This document shows positions 31,147-39,226 of a stretch of 64,000 bases of DNA, in pieces. Position 1 is the first letter of the stretch. Each line of letters opens with the position of its first letter. The translations under genes were made by a program, and so were the position numbers. The DNA comes from Bacteriovorax sp. (lineage in GTDB: Bacteria; Bdellovibrionota; Bacteriovoracia; Bacteriovoracales; Bacteriovoracaceae), in NCBI GenBank assembly GCA_014376445.1, contig JACMRM010000006.1, forward strand, positions 5,634 to 69,633, in the 5' to 3' direction. The notes below the pieces were generated by a model. That model was not told the DNA's origin and made no database searches. It saw only the letters and a program-made list of their open reading frames with translations.

Positions 31147-32557
31147 ATCATGCCATGATTTTTTCAAAAAAACGTTAAAGAACGAAAATGGCATGGCGCT
31201 GATGCTGGTTCTCGGTGTTATTGCCGTGCTGACTTTTTTGCTTGCTGATTTTACTTTTGAAACCCAGCTGAACAAAATAAAAATTTTTAACCAACAGGAT
31301 AAAATTCAGGCGAGGCTCAATGCCGAGTCTGGATTGAACTTTGCAATGGCAGAACTTCGTTTGTACCAGGAAGGAAGAAACAAACTTGAAAAAGAAGAAA
31401 ATTTAAAAAGTGCATTTCCTACAAGTGACCTGGAAGGAATCCTTACGCAGACTTTCATCTACCCTATCCCGCTTCCAAAAAAGGCCGGTATTATTCAGAA
31501 AACGGCACTGGCAGATTTTGAGAAAAATACTCTTTTCAGAGGAGAAGTCTCAGTGACATTTACCAAGGTTGCAGGATTTTTAAATCCAAATGGACTTCGT
31601 TTAAAAACAAAAAAGACAGTACCCGATGCTCAAAAAGATGCGGCCCTCGACAACAATCCTGATGATAACAATCCGCCGCCGACAGACCAGACGGGGTCTG
31701 ATGCTCAGAATAAAAAATCAGAGCCTGCAGATGTCATCATTGAAAAGAAAATGGTTGAAACAATAACTCGTCTACTTAAAGACAAAAGTGATACCGATGA
31801 AGAGTTCCATTCAAAGTACTCGAACGTCGATCCGGCCTATCTGGTAAAAGAATTGAAATTTTACGTCAATGATTCTTCCAAATTCCAGGACGGCCAGCGA
31901 CCGGAGATCGAGGGAAAATTTTCGCAAAAAAATATTACTCCGAAACATGCTCCCCTTGAATCGATTGATGAGCTTTACCTCCTTCCATCATGGGATGATG
32001 CTTTAGTAGATATTATAAAAGAGAGAATGAGTGTTCACGAAGTAAGTGTTATTGCCGTCAATGAACTTACAATTCAGGACTTGAAAATTGTTTTTCCGGC
32101 AATCAATGATATTCAAATTGAAGAGTTTTTTAAATACAGAGACGGTGATACGGATAAAAAAATCAAGGGCCATAAATTCAAGAATGCAGATGATTTTAAA
32201 AGTGCGGTGGTTGGAACCTTGAATATTTTGAGTGACGGTGAATATGCCGAAAGAATCAATGAACTAAAATCTGCAGGGCTTGTGATTGATACGGCCGGAA
32301 AATTATATAAAGTTAACAGCCGTGGAACCATGAACAATGCTGTCTACAATCTGATTGCTTATGTCGATCTTCCCATTAAACCGCAGCCGCCAAAAAAACC
32401 AGGTCCCGTTGGATCAAATCCCGATGGAACAGGCGTACTCGCAGGTTCGGCCAATACTGATGGAAGTATCGCTGCTCCAAGTGGAGATAAAAAAGGGGAT
32501 AAAGCGGAACCTGTAGAACTTTTACAGCCGAGAGTTATTGAGATGCGACTGGAATAG
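31130..32557 (+). CDS. gspK: Minor pseudopilin GspK
   Basis: NG|MALMLVL lacks Glu5, as is typical of GspK. QARLNAESG and 'SIDELYLL' motifs. Confidence 0.82.
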   Translation: MVLYNKSCHDFFKKTLKNENGMALMLVLGVIAVLTFLLADFTFETQLNKIKIFNQQDKIQARLNAESGLNFAMAELRLYQEGRNKLEKEENLKSAFPTSDLEGILTQTFIYPIPLPKKAGIIQKTALADFEKNTLFRGEVSVTFTKVAGFLNPNGLRLKTKKTVPDAQKDAALDNNPDDNNPPPTDQTGSDAQNKKSEPADVIIEKKMVETITRLLKDKSDTDEEFHSKYSNVDPAYLVKELKFYVNDSSKFQDGQRPEIEGKFSQKNITPKHAPLESIDELYLLPSWDDALVDIIKERMSVHEVSVIAVNELTIQDLKIVFPAINDIQIEEFFKYRDGDTDKKIKGHKFKNADDFKSAVVGTLNILSDGEYAERINELKSAGLVIDTAGKLYKVNSRGTMNNAVYNLIAYVDLPIKPQPPKKPGPVGSNPDGTGVLAGSANTDGSIAAPSGDKKGDKAEPVELLQPRVIEMRLE

Positions 32558-32631
32558 TCAGGTATCTTTTTCCTTAATCAATGCCTAATGATTTCGCTAC
32601 CCAACACTGCTCTTTCTGATAAACTTATAGC

Positions 32632-34212
32632 ATGAACATACTGGCCATTGATATCGGATCTTATTCCATCAAGTTTATTGAAGTAAGACCTGAACGAAAA
32701 AATTATGTATTGGTTGAAAAACAAGAAATTATTCTTGATGAAGTAAAACCACATTATCCAAACATTACTGTTCTACCTGATCTGCAAAAAGAGATTATCT
32801 CTAATTATATTCAAAAAAAGCCGAACGACATCAGAATTATTTTTCAGATGCCCAATGAGATGCTTACAACACGTTATCTGGAAATTCCTGGTACATCAAA
32901 AAGAAAAACTGAACAGATCATCCCTTTTCAGCTGGAAGAGAATCTTCCCTACTCACTTAACAGCGCTCACTTCAGCTCGAGAATCAATAAAAAGAGCAAC
33001 AGCTTTTCTGTTCTTTCAAACATTACTCAATTAAATGTCTTCAAAGATTTTTTCGGATACTTTGAAAATAAAGAAACACAGCCTTCGATTTTAACTTCTG
33101 AAATTTCAATTATGCAGGCCTATATCGATCACATACGGATGAACGAAACCTGCTGTATTATTGATTTGGGCCACAAAACGACAAAAATTTATTTTGTTCA
33201 GGACCGACAAATTGTCTCCAACCACACTTCATACGTAGCAGGACAGGCGATCAATGAAGTTATCTCGAAAACTTATCAGATCTCATTGGAAGATGCGATC
33301 ATCTACAAGCATGAAAATGCTTTTATGTTGAATGATGACCAGCTGGAAGCCGTTTCTCCGGAACAAAAAGGCTTTGCTCTTTTAATGAAGCAGATCTTTA
33401 ACCCGATGGTACTGGATTTGAGACGCTGGGAAATCGGTCATCGTGTAAAATTCGGAACGAACATCGATAAAATATTTATCCTTGGCGGATCAAGTAACAT
33501 CAACAATCTTGATAATTTTATAAACTTTCATACAGGAATATCTGTCGAGAGTCTTCCTCCACTTCTCGATTTAAAAAATGATTACACTGTTCATGATAAG
33601 AATTTTTATCTGGCAAAAATGATGGCCATATCGCAAAAGACACCTTCATCTGTCATCAATTTCCTCACGGGAAAATTTCAGACGGCATCTAATGCTTTTA
33701 TTTCAGTTCACTCAGCTGTATTTATCTGGGTAAGAACAACATTCATCGCTCTTCTTATCATTTTGGGTCTGACTGGAGAAAGATTTATTTTCCTGCAAAA
33801 ACAGAATACGGCAGCTGATACAAAAATCAAGGCCCTTTTAAAGCGCTCCAATCTGGGAATTTCAAGTGCTGATAGAAAAGCATACGATAAAAATCCATCG
33901 CGAGTTCTGAGTATCATCAAAAAGAAAAACAAACTTGTGACTGATGAAGTAAGCTCGATTTTATCAAGCCAGTCCATCAATGCCCTGAAGCCGCTTGCTG
34001 TTTTAAGTAAAACAATCAGCAACAATTCGAAAGTCAGTCTCGAGAACTTCACTGCCGACGGATACAATGTGAAAGCAGTTTTTTCATCTGACGATGCTGC
34101 AGAATTGGAAAAGATGAGCACTCTTCTGCGTGGCTCCGGACTTCCACAGCTATCAGTCAGTTATCAATCCGGCCAAAAAGTACTGACGATTCAGTTTGAG
34201 GATCGACAATAA
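32632..34212 (+). CDS. gspL: GspL-like protein with PilM/actin-like cytoplasmic domain
   Basis: AIDIGSYSIK, IIDLGHKTT and ILGGSS actin-fold motifs, then a TM helix and periplasmic domain. Confidence 0.8.
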   Translation: MNILAIDIGSYSIKFIEVRPERKNYVLVEKQEIILDEVKPHYPNITVLPDLQKEIISNYIQKKPNDIRIIFQMPNEMLTTRYLEIPGTSKRKTEQIIPFQLEENLPYSLNSAHFSSRINKKSNSFSVLSNITQLNVFKDFFGYFENKETQPSILTSEISIMQAYIDHIRMNETCCIIDLGHKTTKIYFVQDRQIVSNHTSYVAGQAINEVISKTYQISLEDAIIYKHENAFMLNDDQLEAVSPEQKGFALLMKQIFNPMVLDLRRWEIGHRVKFGTNIDKIFILGGSSNINNLDNFINFHTGISVESLPPLLDLKNDYTVHDKNFYLAKMMAISQKTPSSVINFLTGKFQTASNAFISVHSAVFIWVRTTFIALLIILGLTGERFIFLQKQNTAADTKIKALLKRSNLGISSADRKAYDKNPSRVLSIIKKKNKLVTDEVSSILSSQSINALKPLAVLSKTISNNSKVSLENFTADGYNVKAVFSSDDAAELEKMSTLLRGSGLPQLSVSYQSGQKVLTIQFEDRQ

Positions 34213-34850
34213 TGGAAAAAACAAGTTTATTTATAAAAATTGATGAATTTATTTTTCAAAAACTGGATCTTTTAAAATCTGAAGGCATTTCGCAAAAATT
34301 TAATGATGCCATCTCAGGTCTTGATGAAGACCAGCAAAAAATTATTGCCCAGGTGACAACTTTTACTTTTATCCTTGTCCCTTTTATTTTTGTTGCAATT
34401 TTATGGTTCGGAAATGCTGCTACTAAAAAATCAATTGCCGATAAAAAACAGATCATCGAACAAATCGCTTTATTTGATGGAAACAAAACGGCGTTAAATA
34501 ATATCAGTGCAAATTATCTGGCATCTTCGGCCATTGCCAGCCAGAATGAAATGGACAACAAATTAAGAAATCTTTTGTCACAAAATGCTATTGACCAGTC
34601 AAAAGTTGTTATTACAAATTTCCACCAGACTTCAACTTCTTCGAGTGTTGGAAAAATTGAAGCAGATATTACTTTCAAAAATTTCGGAACCAGTGATTTT
34701 TCTAATTTTATGAGAGGGCTGATGGAGGGTGAGCGCTTTAAAATTTTAAAAGTCGATCTTACAAAAAATAAAGAGACAAACCTTTTAAGAGGCTCTATTA
34801 CTTTAATGCACATGGGACAGAACCCTATCGGTCTGGAGCAGGCACAATAG
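34212..34850 (+). CDS. gspM: GspM-like assembly platform protein
   Basis: Single TM helix, coiled coil, ferredoxin-like C-terminus. Position after gspL. Confidence 0.65.
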   Translation: MEKTSLFIKIDEFIFQKLDLLKSEGISQKFNDAISGLDEDQQKIIAQVTTFTFILVPFIFVAILWFGNAATKKSIADKKQIIEQIALFDGNKTALNNISANYLASSAIASQNEMDNKLRNLLSQNAIDQSKVVITNFHQTSTSSSVGKIEADITFKNFGTSDFSNFMRGLMEGERFKILKVDLTKNKETNLLRGSITLMHMGQNPIGLEQAQ

Positions 34851-34853
34851 TCA

Positions 34854-35786
34854 ATGAGTAAAAGAAAACGCATTCAATATAACGAATTAAATGAAGAGAT
34901 CTACGCTCCGAAATACTGGACGAAGGCACGCCTGATTACTATCGGGATTCTTATTTTACTTTTCGGTTTTCTTATCAATTTTTCATTGGAAGAAAAACTC
35001 AACAAATATCTTCAGACTACGCTGGGAAACAATTCGGCCTGCCCTGTTCAATTTGAAAAAGCAGAGCTTTCTTACTTCCTTCCGAAAGTTATTATGAAAA
35101 AGCCGGTGATTCTCGGAGCATGCTTCGGCCAGTTTAATAACCGTCTTGAGTTTAAAGACATCAAGATTGCATTTCATTCACCAAGTTTTTATCCGGTTGG
35201 TTTAAGACTTCATGTTGAAGCAACCAGCGGAAAATCGCATATCAATTTATATCCGGTTATTTCCATCTTTTCTCAAAATATAAAAATTGAAAAAACAATT
35301 GTTGATACACAAATCTTTGCGCCAATGACCGAAACAAACCTCTCTCCGATATCAGGAACATTAAGCATTGAGGGATTTTTTGAATTCAAATCGGGATTTG
35401 TTCACGATGGGGAAATTGCCATTGTTTCAAAAAACTTTTCACTTCCTTCACAAAATATCAAAGGATTTGAGCTCACTCAGCTGAATCTTGAGACGCTAAA
35501 TATCTCTGCGCATTTTACAGATGCACAGACGATGATGATCGATAAAATTCAGCTGGGGAAAGAGAACGCCCCGATTGAGATGAATCTCAAAGGCCAGCTG
35601 CACGTGAGACCTCAGGATTTTATGGGTTCCCAATTGACTCTCGACGGAAACCTGAAACTTTCTCAATTTATTCTGGTGAATTTCGCCTTCGTGAAACTCT
35701 TCTTGCCGGAGTCAAACACCAGTGGTAATTACAAAATAAAAGTCAACGGGCCGCTTAGAAATCCTGGTGCTCCGCAATTTTTGTAG
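34854..35786 (+). CDS. gspN: GspN-like protein
   Basis: N-terminal TM helix, beta-rich body, C-terminal 'GPLRNP'. Last gene of the gsp cluster. Confidence 0.7.
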   Translation: MSKRKRIQYNELNEEIYAPKYWTKARLITIGILILLFGFLINFSLEEKLNKYLQTTLGNNSACPVQFEKAELSYFLPKVIMKKPVILGACFGQFNNRLEFKDIKIAFHSPSFYPVGLRLHVEATSGKSHINLYPVISIFSQNIKIEKTIVDTQIFAPMTETNLSPISGTLSIEGFFEFKSGFVHDGEIAIVSKNFSLPSQNIKGFELTQLNLETLNISAHFTDAQTMMIDKIQLGKENAPIEMNLKGQLHVRPQDFMGSQLTLDGNLKLSQFILVNFAFVKLFLPESNTSGNYKIKVNGPLRNPGAPQFL

Positions 35787-35793
35787 AATAAAA

Positions 35794-36732
35794 ATGCAGT
35801 CAGAAAAAATCGAAAAAATGCTTACACATCACCTGATGGGAAATCTTCCCAACCATCCGGTTCATGACGTTTATACATATGCAGTTCTGCCCGGTGGGAA
35901 ACTTTTCAGACCGCACCTGGTTTGGTCAGTGCTTCAAGACTTAAATCCAGATCTTTATGAATCTTCGAAAATAAATTTAAATTCAGATCACGCCAGACTT
36001 TCAAGCGCGGTCGAATTTCACCATACCTACACACTCCTTCATGATGACCTTCCCTGTATGGATAATGACCTCACAAGGCGCGGTAAGGCCTGTACGCACA
36101 TTGTTTACGGTGAATGGCAGGCGTTACTGGCCGGAGACGGCCTGTTAAATATTTCTTATCAACTTTTAACAAAAATAAAAGATCAACGCGCATTAGAACT
36201 TTTAAAATTTTTCGGCTGGGCACTAGGTCCAAAAGGGCTGATTCACGGACAGGTCATGGACCTCTCGCAGGAAATGACAAAATCTTTTTCTAACACCCTA
36301 AGAACTCACGAGCTAAAAACGGCCCGCTTGATTCAGGTTTCTATTTTAGGAAGCGCATTGATTGCGAATGTACAAAATCGCAAAGCAGAAAAAAATCTCT
36401 GGAAGTACTCCCGTCTTCTTGGAATTAATTTTCAATTGATTGATGATTTGAGTGAACTTGCTGAAGCTACACTTTCAGCACATGAATTGGATGTGAATCC
36501 ATGGCTAAAGTTCCCCGCAGAAGCGCTAAAACAAACTTTAAAGGGGTTGAAAGATTTTGAAGCTGTATCCGGCCGGCAAAAAATGCCAAACACGAATAAA
36601 ATAGTTTCAGACTATTATAAAAAAATGCTTTCTGTGATTGAACCTGGAGTAGATAACATCAATAAACATGTAAATGAAAAATTAGATTTAGTTCCAGTGA
36701 TTCTTGTCATGAAGAGTTTCAGTAATCTTTAA
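35794..36732 (+). CDS. ispA: Polyprenyl (farnesyl/geranylgeranyl) diphosphate synthase
   Basis: GGKLFRP, HTYTLLHDDLPCMDND..RRG, LAGDGLL, GQVMD, KT and FQLIDD motifs. Confidence 0.88.
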   Translation: MQSEKIEKMLTHHLMGNLPNHPVHDVYTYAVLPGGKLFRPHLVWSVLQDLNPDLYESSKINLNSDHARLSSAVEFHHTYTLLHDDLPCMDNDLTRRGKACTHIVYGEWQALLAGDGLLNISYQLLTKIKDQRALELLKFFGWALGPKGLIHGQVMDLSQEMTKSFSNTLRTHELKTARLIQVSILGSALIANVQNRKAEKNLWKYSRLLGINFQLIDDLSELAEATLSAHELDVNPWLKFPAEALKQTLKGLKDFEAVSGRQKMPNTNKIVSDYYKKMLSVIEPGVDNINKHVNEKLDLVPVILVMKSFSNL

Positions 36733-37197
36733 AATTTCCGCCAATTTCGATTTCGCCATCTGAAGCCGTTGAAAATCAGTTTCAATCAACACTCTTTTTG
36801 TCATAGATACTCGAACTGGGGACTTTTCAGACTCTCTCGCCGGATAGACAGATTCATCAGAAGATAAAAATTCATCCTCGTTGATTCTTTCATCTTCGAA
36901 TGAAAAATTGTCGGCAAAATTTGCTTCAACAAGAGACTCGCGAGGCATAAGAATTTTCATCTCTGCCTTCGCGCGCTCAATAGTCATTTTATCTTCGAAT
37001 AATAATTTTTTGATAAGAAGGATCGCTTCGATATCGCGATGCTCGTAAAGTTTTTGCCCCGAAGAAGAAGTGATCGGAGCAATCTCTGTAAATTCCGATT
37101 CCCAAAAACGTAAAACATAAGATTTTACACCTGTGAGCGCGCAAACTTCATTGATCTTGAAGGAAGATTTGTTGGGAATTTCAATCGGTCCAAACAT
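36688..37197 (-). CDS. MerR-family HTH regulator (ihfA-linked type)
   Basis: IPNKSSFKINEVCALTGVKSYVLRFWESEF. Classic position downstream of ihfA. Confidence 0.9.
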   Translation of the reverse strand: MFGPIEIPNKSSFKINEVCALTGVKSYVLRFWESEFTEIAPITSSSGQKLYEHRDIEAILLIKKLLFEDKMTIERAKAEMKILMPRESLVEANFADNFSFEDERINEDEFLSSDESVYPARESEKSPVRVSMTKRVLIETDFQRLQMAKSKLAEILKITETLHDKNHWN

Positions 37198-37218
37198 TAA
37201 TTATTCCTGATACTTTTT

Positions 37219-37650
37219 CTAATCGTTGTCGTCATCTTCAGGAGAAAAACCATGATCTTCTTCACCTTCATCAGTGTTCGACATAAATGAGCTTAGAGCT
37301 CTTGCCGTTCCTTCTTTAGGTGGAAGTGATTTGTTCTCATTACCTTTTTCATCAAGCCGGTGAGCATATCTAATTGTGACATCTTCTTTAAGCACTTGTG
37401 AAGGCTTAAATGTCAGAACTCGACGGGCAGAAATGTCCATAGCTTCACCAGTTTGTGGATTTCTCCCCACTCGTGTTGCTTTGTCACGTATTGAAAAATT
37501 TCCGAATCCAGAAATTTTTACTTTCTCTCCTTTCGAGAGAGTGTCTTTGATAACTTTGAATACAAGATCTACTAAATCAGCAGCTTCCTTCTTCGAGAAA
37601 CCAGCTTCTTTGTATACTCGCTCGACAATATCGGCCTTCGTAAGACTCAT
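37219..37650 (-). CDS. ihfA: Integration host factor subunit alpha with C-terminal extension
   Basis: LTKADIVE, VKISGFGNF, R.GRNPQTGE and ISARRVLTFKPSQ.LK motifs. Confidence 0.93.
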   Translation of the reverse strand: MSLTKADIVERVYKEAGFSKKEAADLVDLVFKVIKDTLSKGEKVKISGFGNFSIRDKATRVGRNPQTGEAMDISARRVLTFKPSQVLKEDVTIRYAHRLDEKGNENKSLPPKEGTARALSSFMSNTDEGEEDHGFSPEDDDND

Positions 37651-37768
37651 TACTTTCCTCCATGAAAACTAAGCGCGCCTAAACCATATATTCATAGGTT
37701 AACTTAGAAAGTCATTTTGATCTATAAAAATATTCAAGCAATTACATTTAAGAGAGCGTGATACTCAA

Positions 37769-39202
37769 CTATTTGCGCTTAACTTTCTTTTTAATCGTCT
37801 CTTTTTCAATTTTTTTCTGTAAATTGGCCTTTTCAGCGTCTTTTGACTTCATCCACGAAGTTAATTTTTCATCAACTTCACGCAATTCTTCAATCAGCTT
37901 CTTTTCAACCAGGTTTTTTGATTTTGCAATCTTGTCATAATCGGCCATGGACTTCGTATCGTCTTTTACCATGAGCTGACGTTTTTCAACTTCTTCTTTG
38001 GTCATACGATAAATCGGCATATCTGCAAGATACTCTGCGAATGTGAATTTTTTCTTATCAAGATATTCAACGTACGACTTTCTATTCGTCGATTTTGTTG
38101 CTACTTCATATTCTTTTTCTCTGATAAATTTAATAATCTCATTATTCTGTCGAAGTTTCTTTTCTAAATCTTCTACCATTAATTCGTAACGACGTTTAAC
38201 GACTTCTAGTCTTTTGGCGCCGAAGATTTCAATAATTTCTTCCGGAGCATTAAAAATTCGCACGCCACGTTCAGAAATTAGTGTGTAGTTTGGAACTAAC
38301 GTCGAAGAGTTCGACATCTTCGCGATTACATCAGCGAGCTTTGGCTGCTGACCTTTTTTGAAAATTAATTCAATCTTGATATCATTGTTAACAGAAGAAT
38401 CGACGAAATCTTTGATGTAATCTTCATCAAGGAATTTTGTTAAATAGCGATAGATCTTAGTCGCATCGTAACCGCGGGGAAGTTCTGTAATGTAAATCGA
38501 TCCATGAATTTCTTCAAAATTCATAGAGAAAACAAAACGGCCTTTCTCATCTACTTCAATTTTATTTTTGTATGTGTGAACATAACTTTTTAATTTTTTT
38601 GCTTTACCTGTTTCGACGAATTGAATTATCGAAGCAATTAGATCACTGTGGTGAAACGAAGGAATAACAGAAGAAAAACCTGTTCCAATTCCTTCAGCTC
38701 CGTTCATAAGCATGACTGGAAGTTTTGGAAGAAGACAAACCGGCTCCATAACTTTTTCATCATAGTTTGGAACCATATCAACCTGGTTCATGTCATCGAA
38801 CAAAATAAAGTCTGCAACTTTTCCAAGCTTGCATTCGATATATCTGGAAGCTGCCGGAGCTGTCTCCATTCTCTCTCCAAAATATCCTTTTTTATCGATG
38901 AGCGGATAGTTGTTCGAGAATGTATAATCCTGCGCCATATTTACGATAGCTGATTCAACTGAGGCCGGCCCGTGAGGGTGAAGAGTTAACACTAAACCTG
39001 TTGCTGAAGATACTTTCATCAATCCTTTCGACTGATTTTTCCACAGAGTAAAAAGAATTCTTCTTTGTCCGGGTTTTAACCCATCCTGAAGATAAGGGAT
39101 CGCACGATCCATTAAAGTATAGATCTGATAATTTCTATATTCTTCTTTTACAACTTCAGTTAGTGAAACCGATTCAAGTGAGTGAAGGTATCTTTCTTCC
39201 AT
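37769..39202 (-). CDS. Type IIA DNA topoisomerase, A (cleavage) subunit, short form without beta-pinwheel CTD
   Basis: DRAIP..QDGLKPGQRR, HPHG, AASRY (catalytic Tyr), EP..LLP..P, NGAEGIGTGF and ITELP motifs. Only 477 aa. Confidence 0.9.
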   Translation of the reverse strand: MEERYLHSLESVSLTEVVKEEYRNYQIYTLMDRAIPYLQDGLKPGQRRILFTLWKNQSKGLMKVSSATGLVLTLHPHGPASVESAIVNMAQDYTFSNNYPLIDKKGYFGERMETAPAASRYIECKLGKVADFILFDDMNQVDMVPNYDEKVMEPVCLLPKLPVMLMNGAEGIGTGFSSVIPSFHHSDLIASIIQFVETGKAKKLKSYVHTYKNKIEVDEKGRFVFSMNFEEIHGSIYITELPRGYDATKIYRYLTKFLDEDYIKDFVDSSVNNDIKIELIFKKGQQPKLADVIAKMSNSSTLVPNYTLISERGVRIFNAPEEIIEIFGAKRLEVVKRRYELMVEDLEKKLRQNNEIIKFIREKEYEVATKSTNRKSYVEYLDKKKFTFAEYLADMPIYRMTKEEVEKRQLMVKDDTKSMADYDKIAKSKNLVEKKLIEELREVDEKLTSWMKSKDAEKANLQKKIEKETIKKKVKRK

Positions 39203-39226
39203 TCTCTATATCCCTTTGGTCCCTTA

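Noticed and set aside
21429-35786. Type IV pilus operon
   Set aside because: The order C-D-E-F-G-H-I-J-K-L-M-N, a GspG-type pseudopilin, GspK and the lack of PilT indicate a T2SS.
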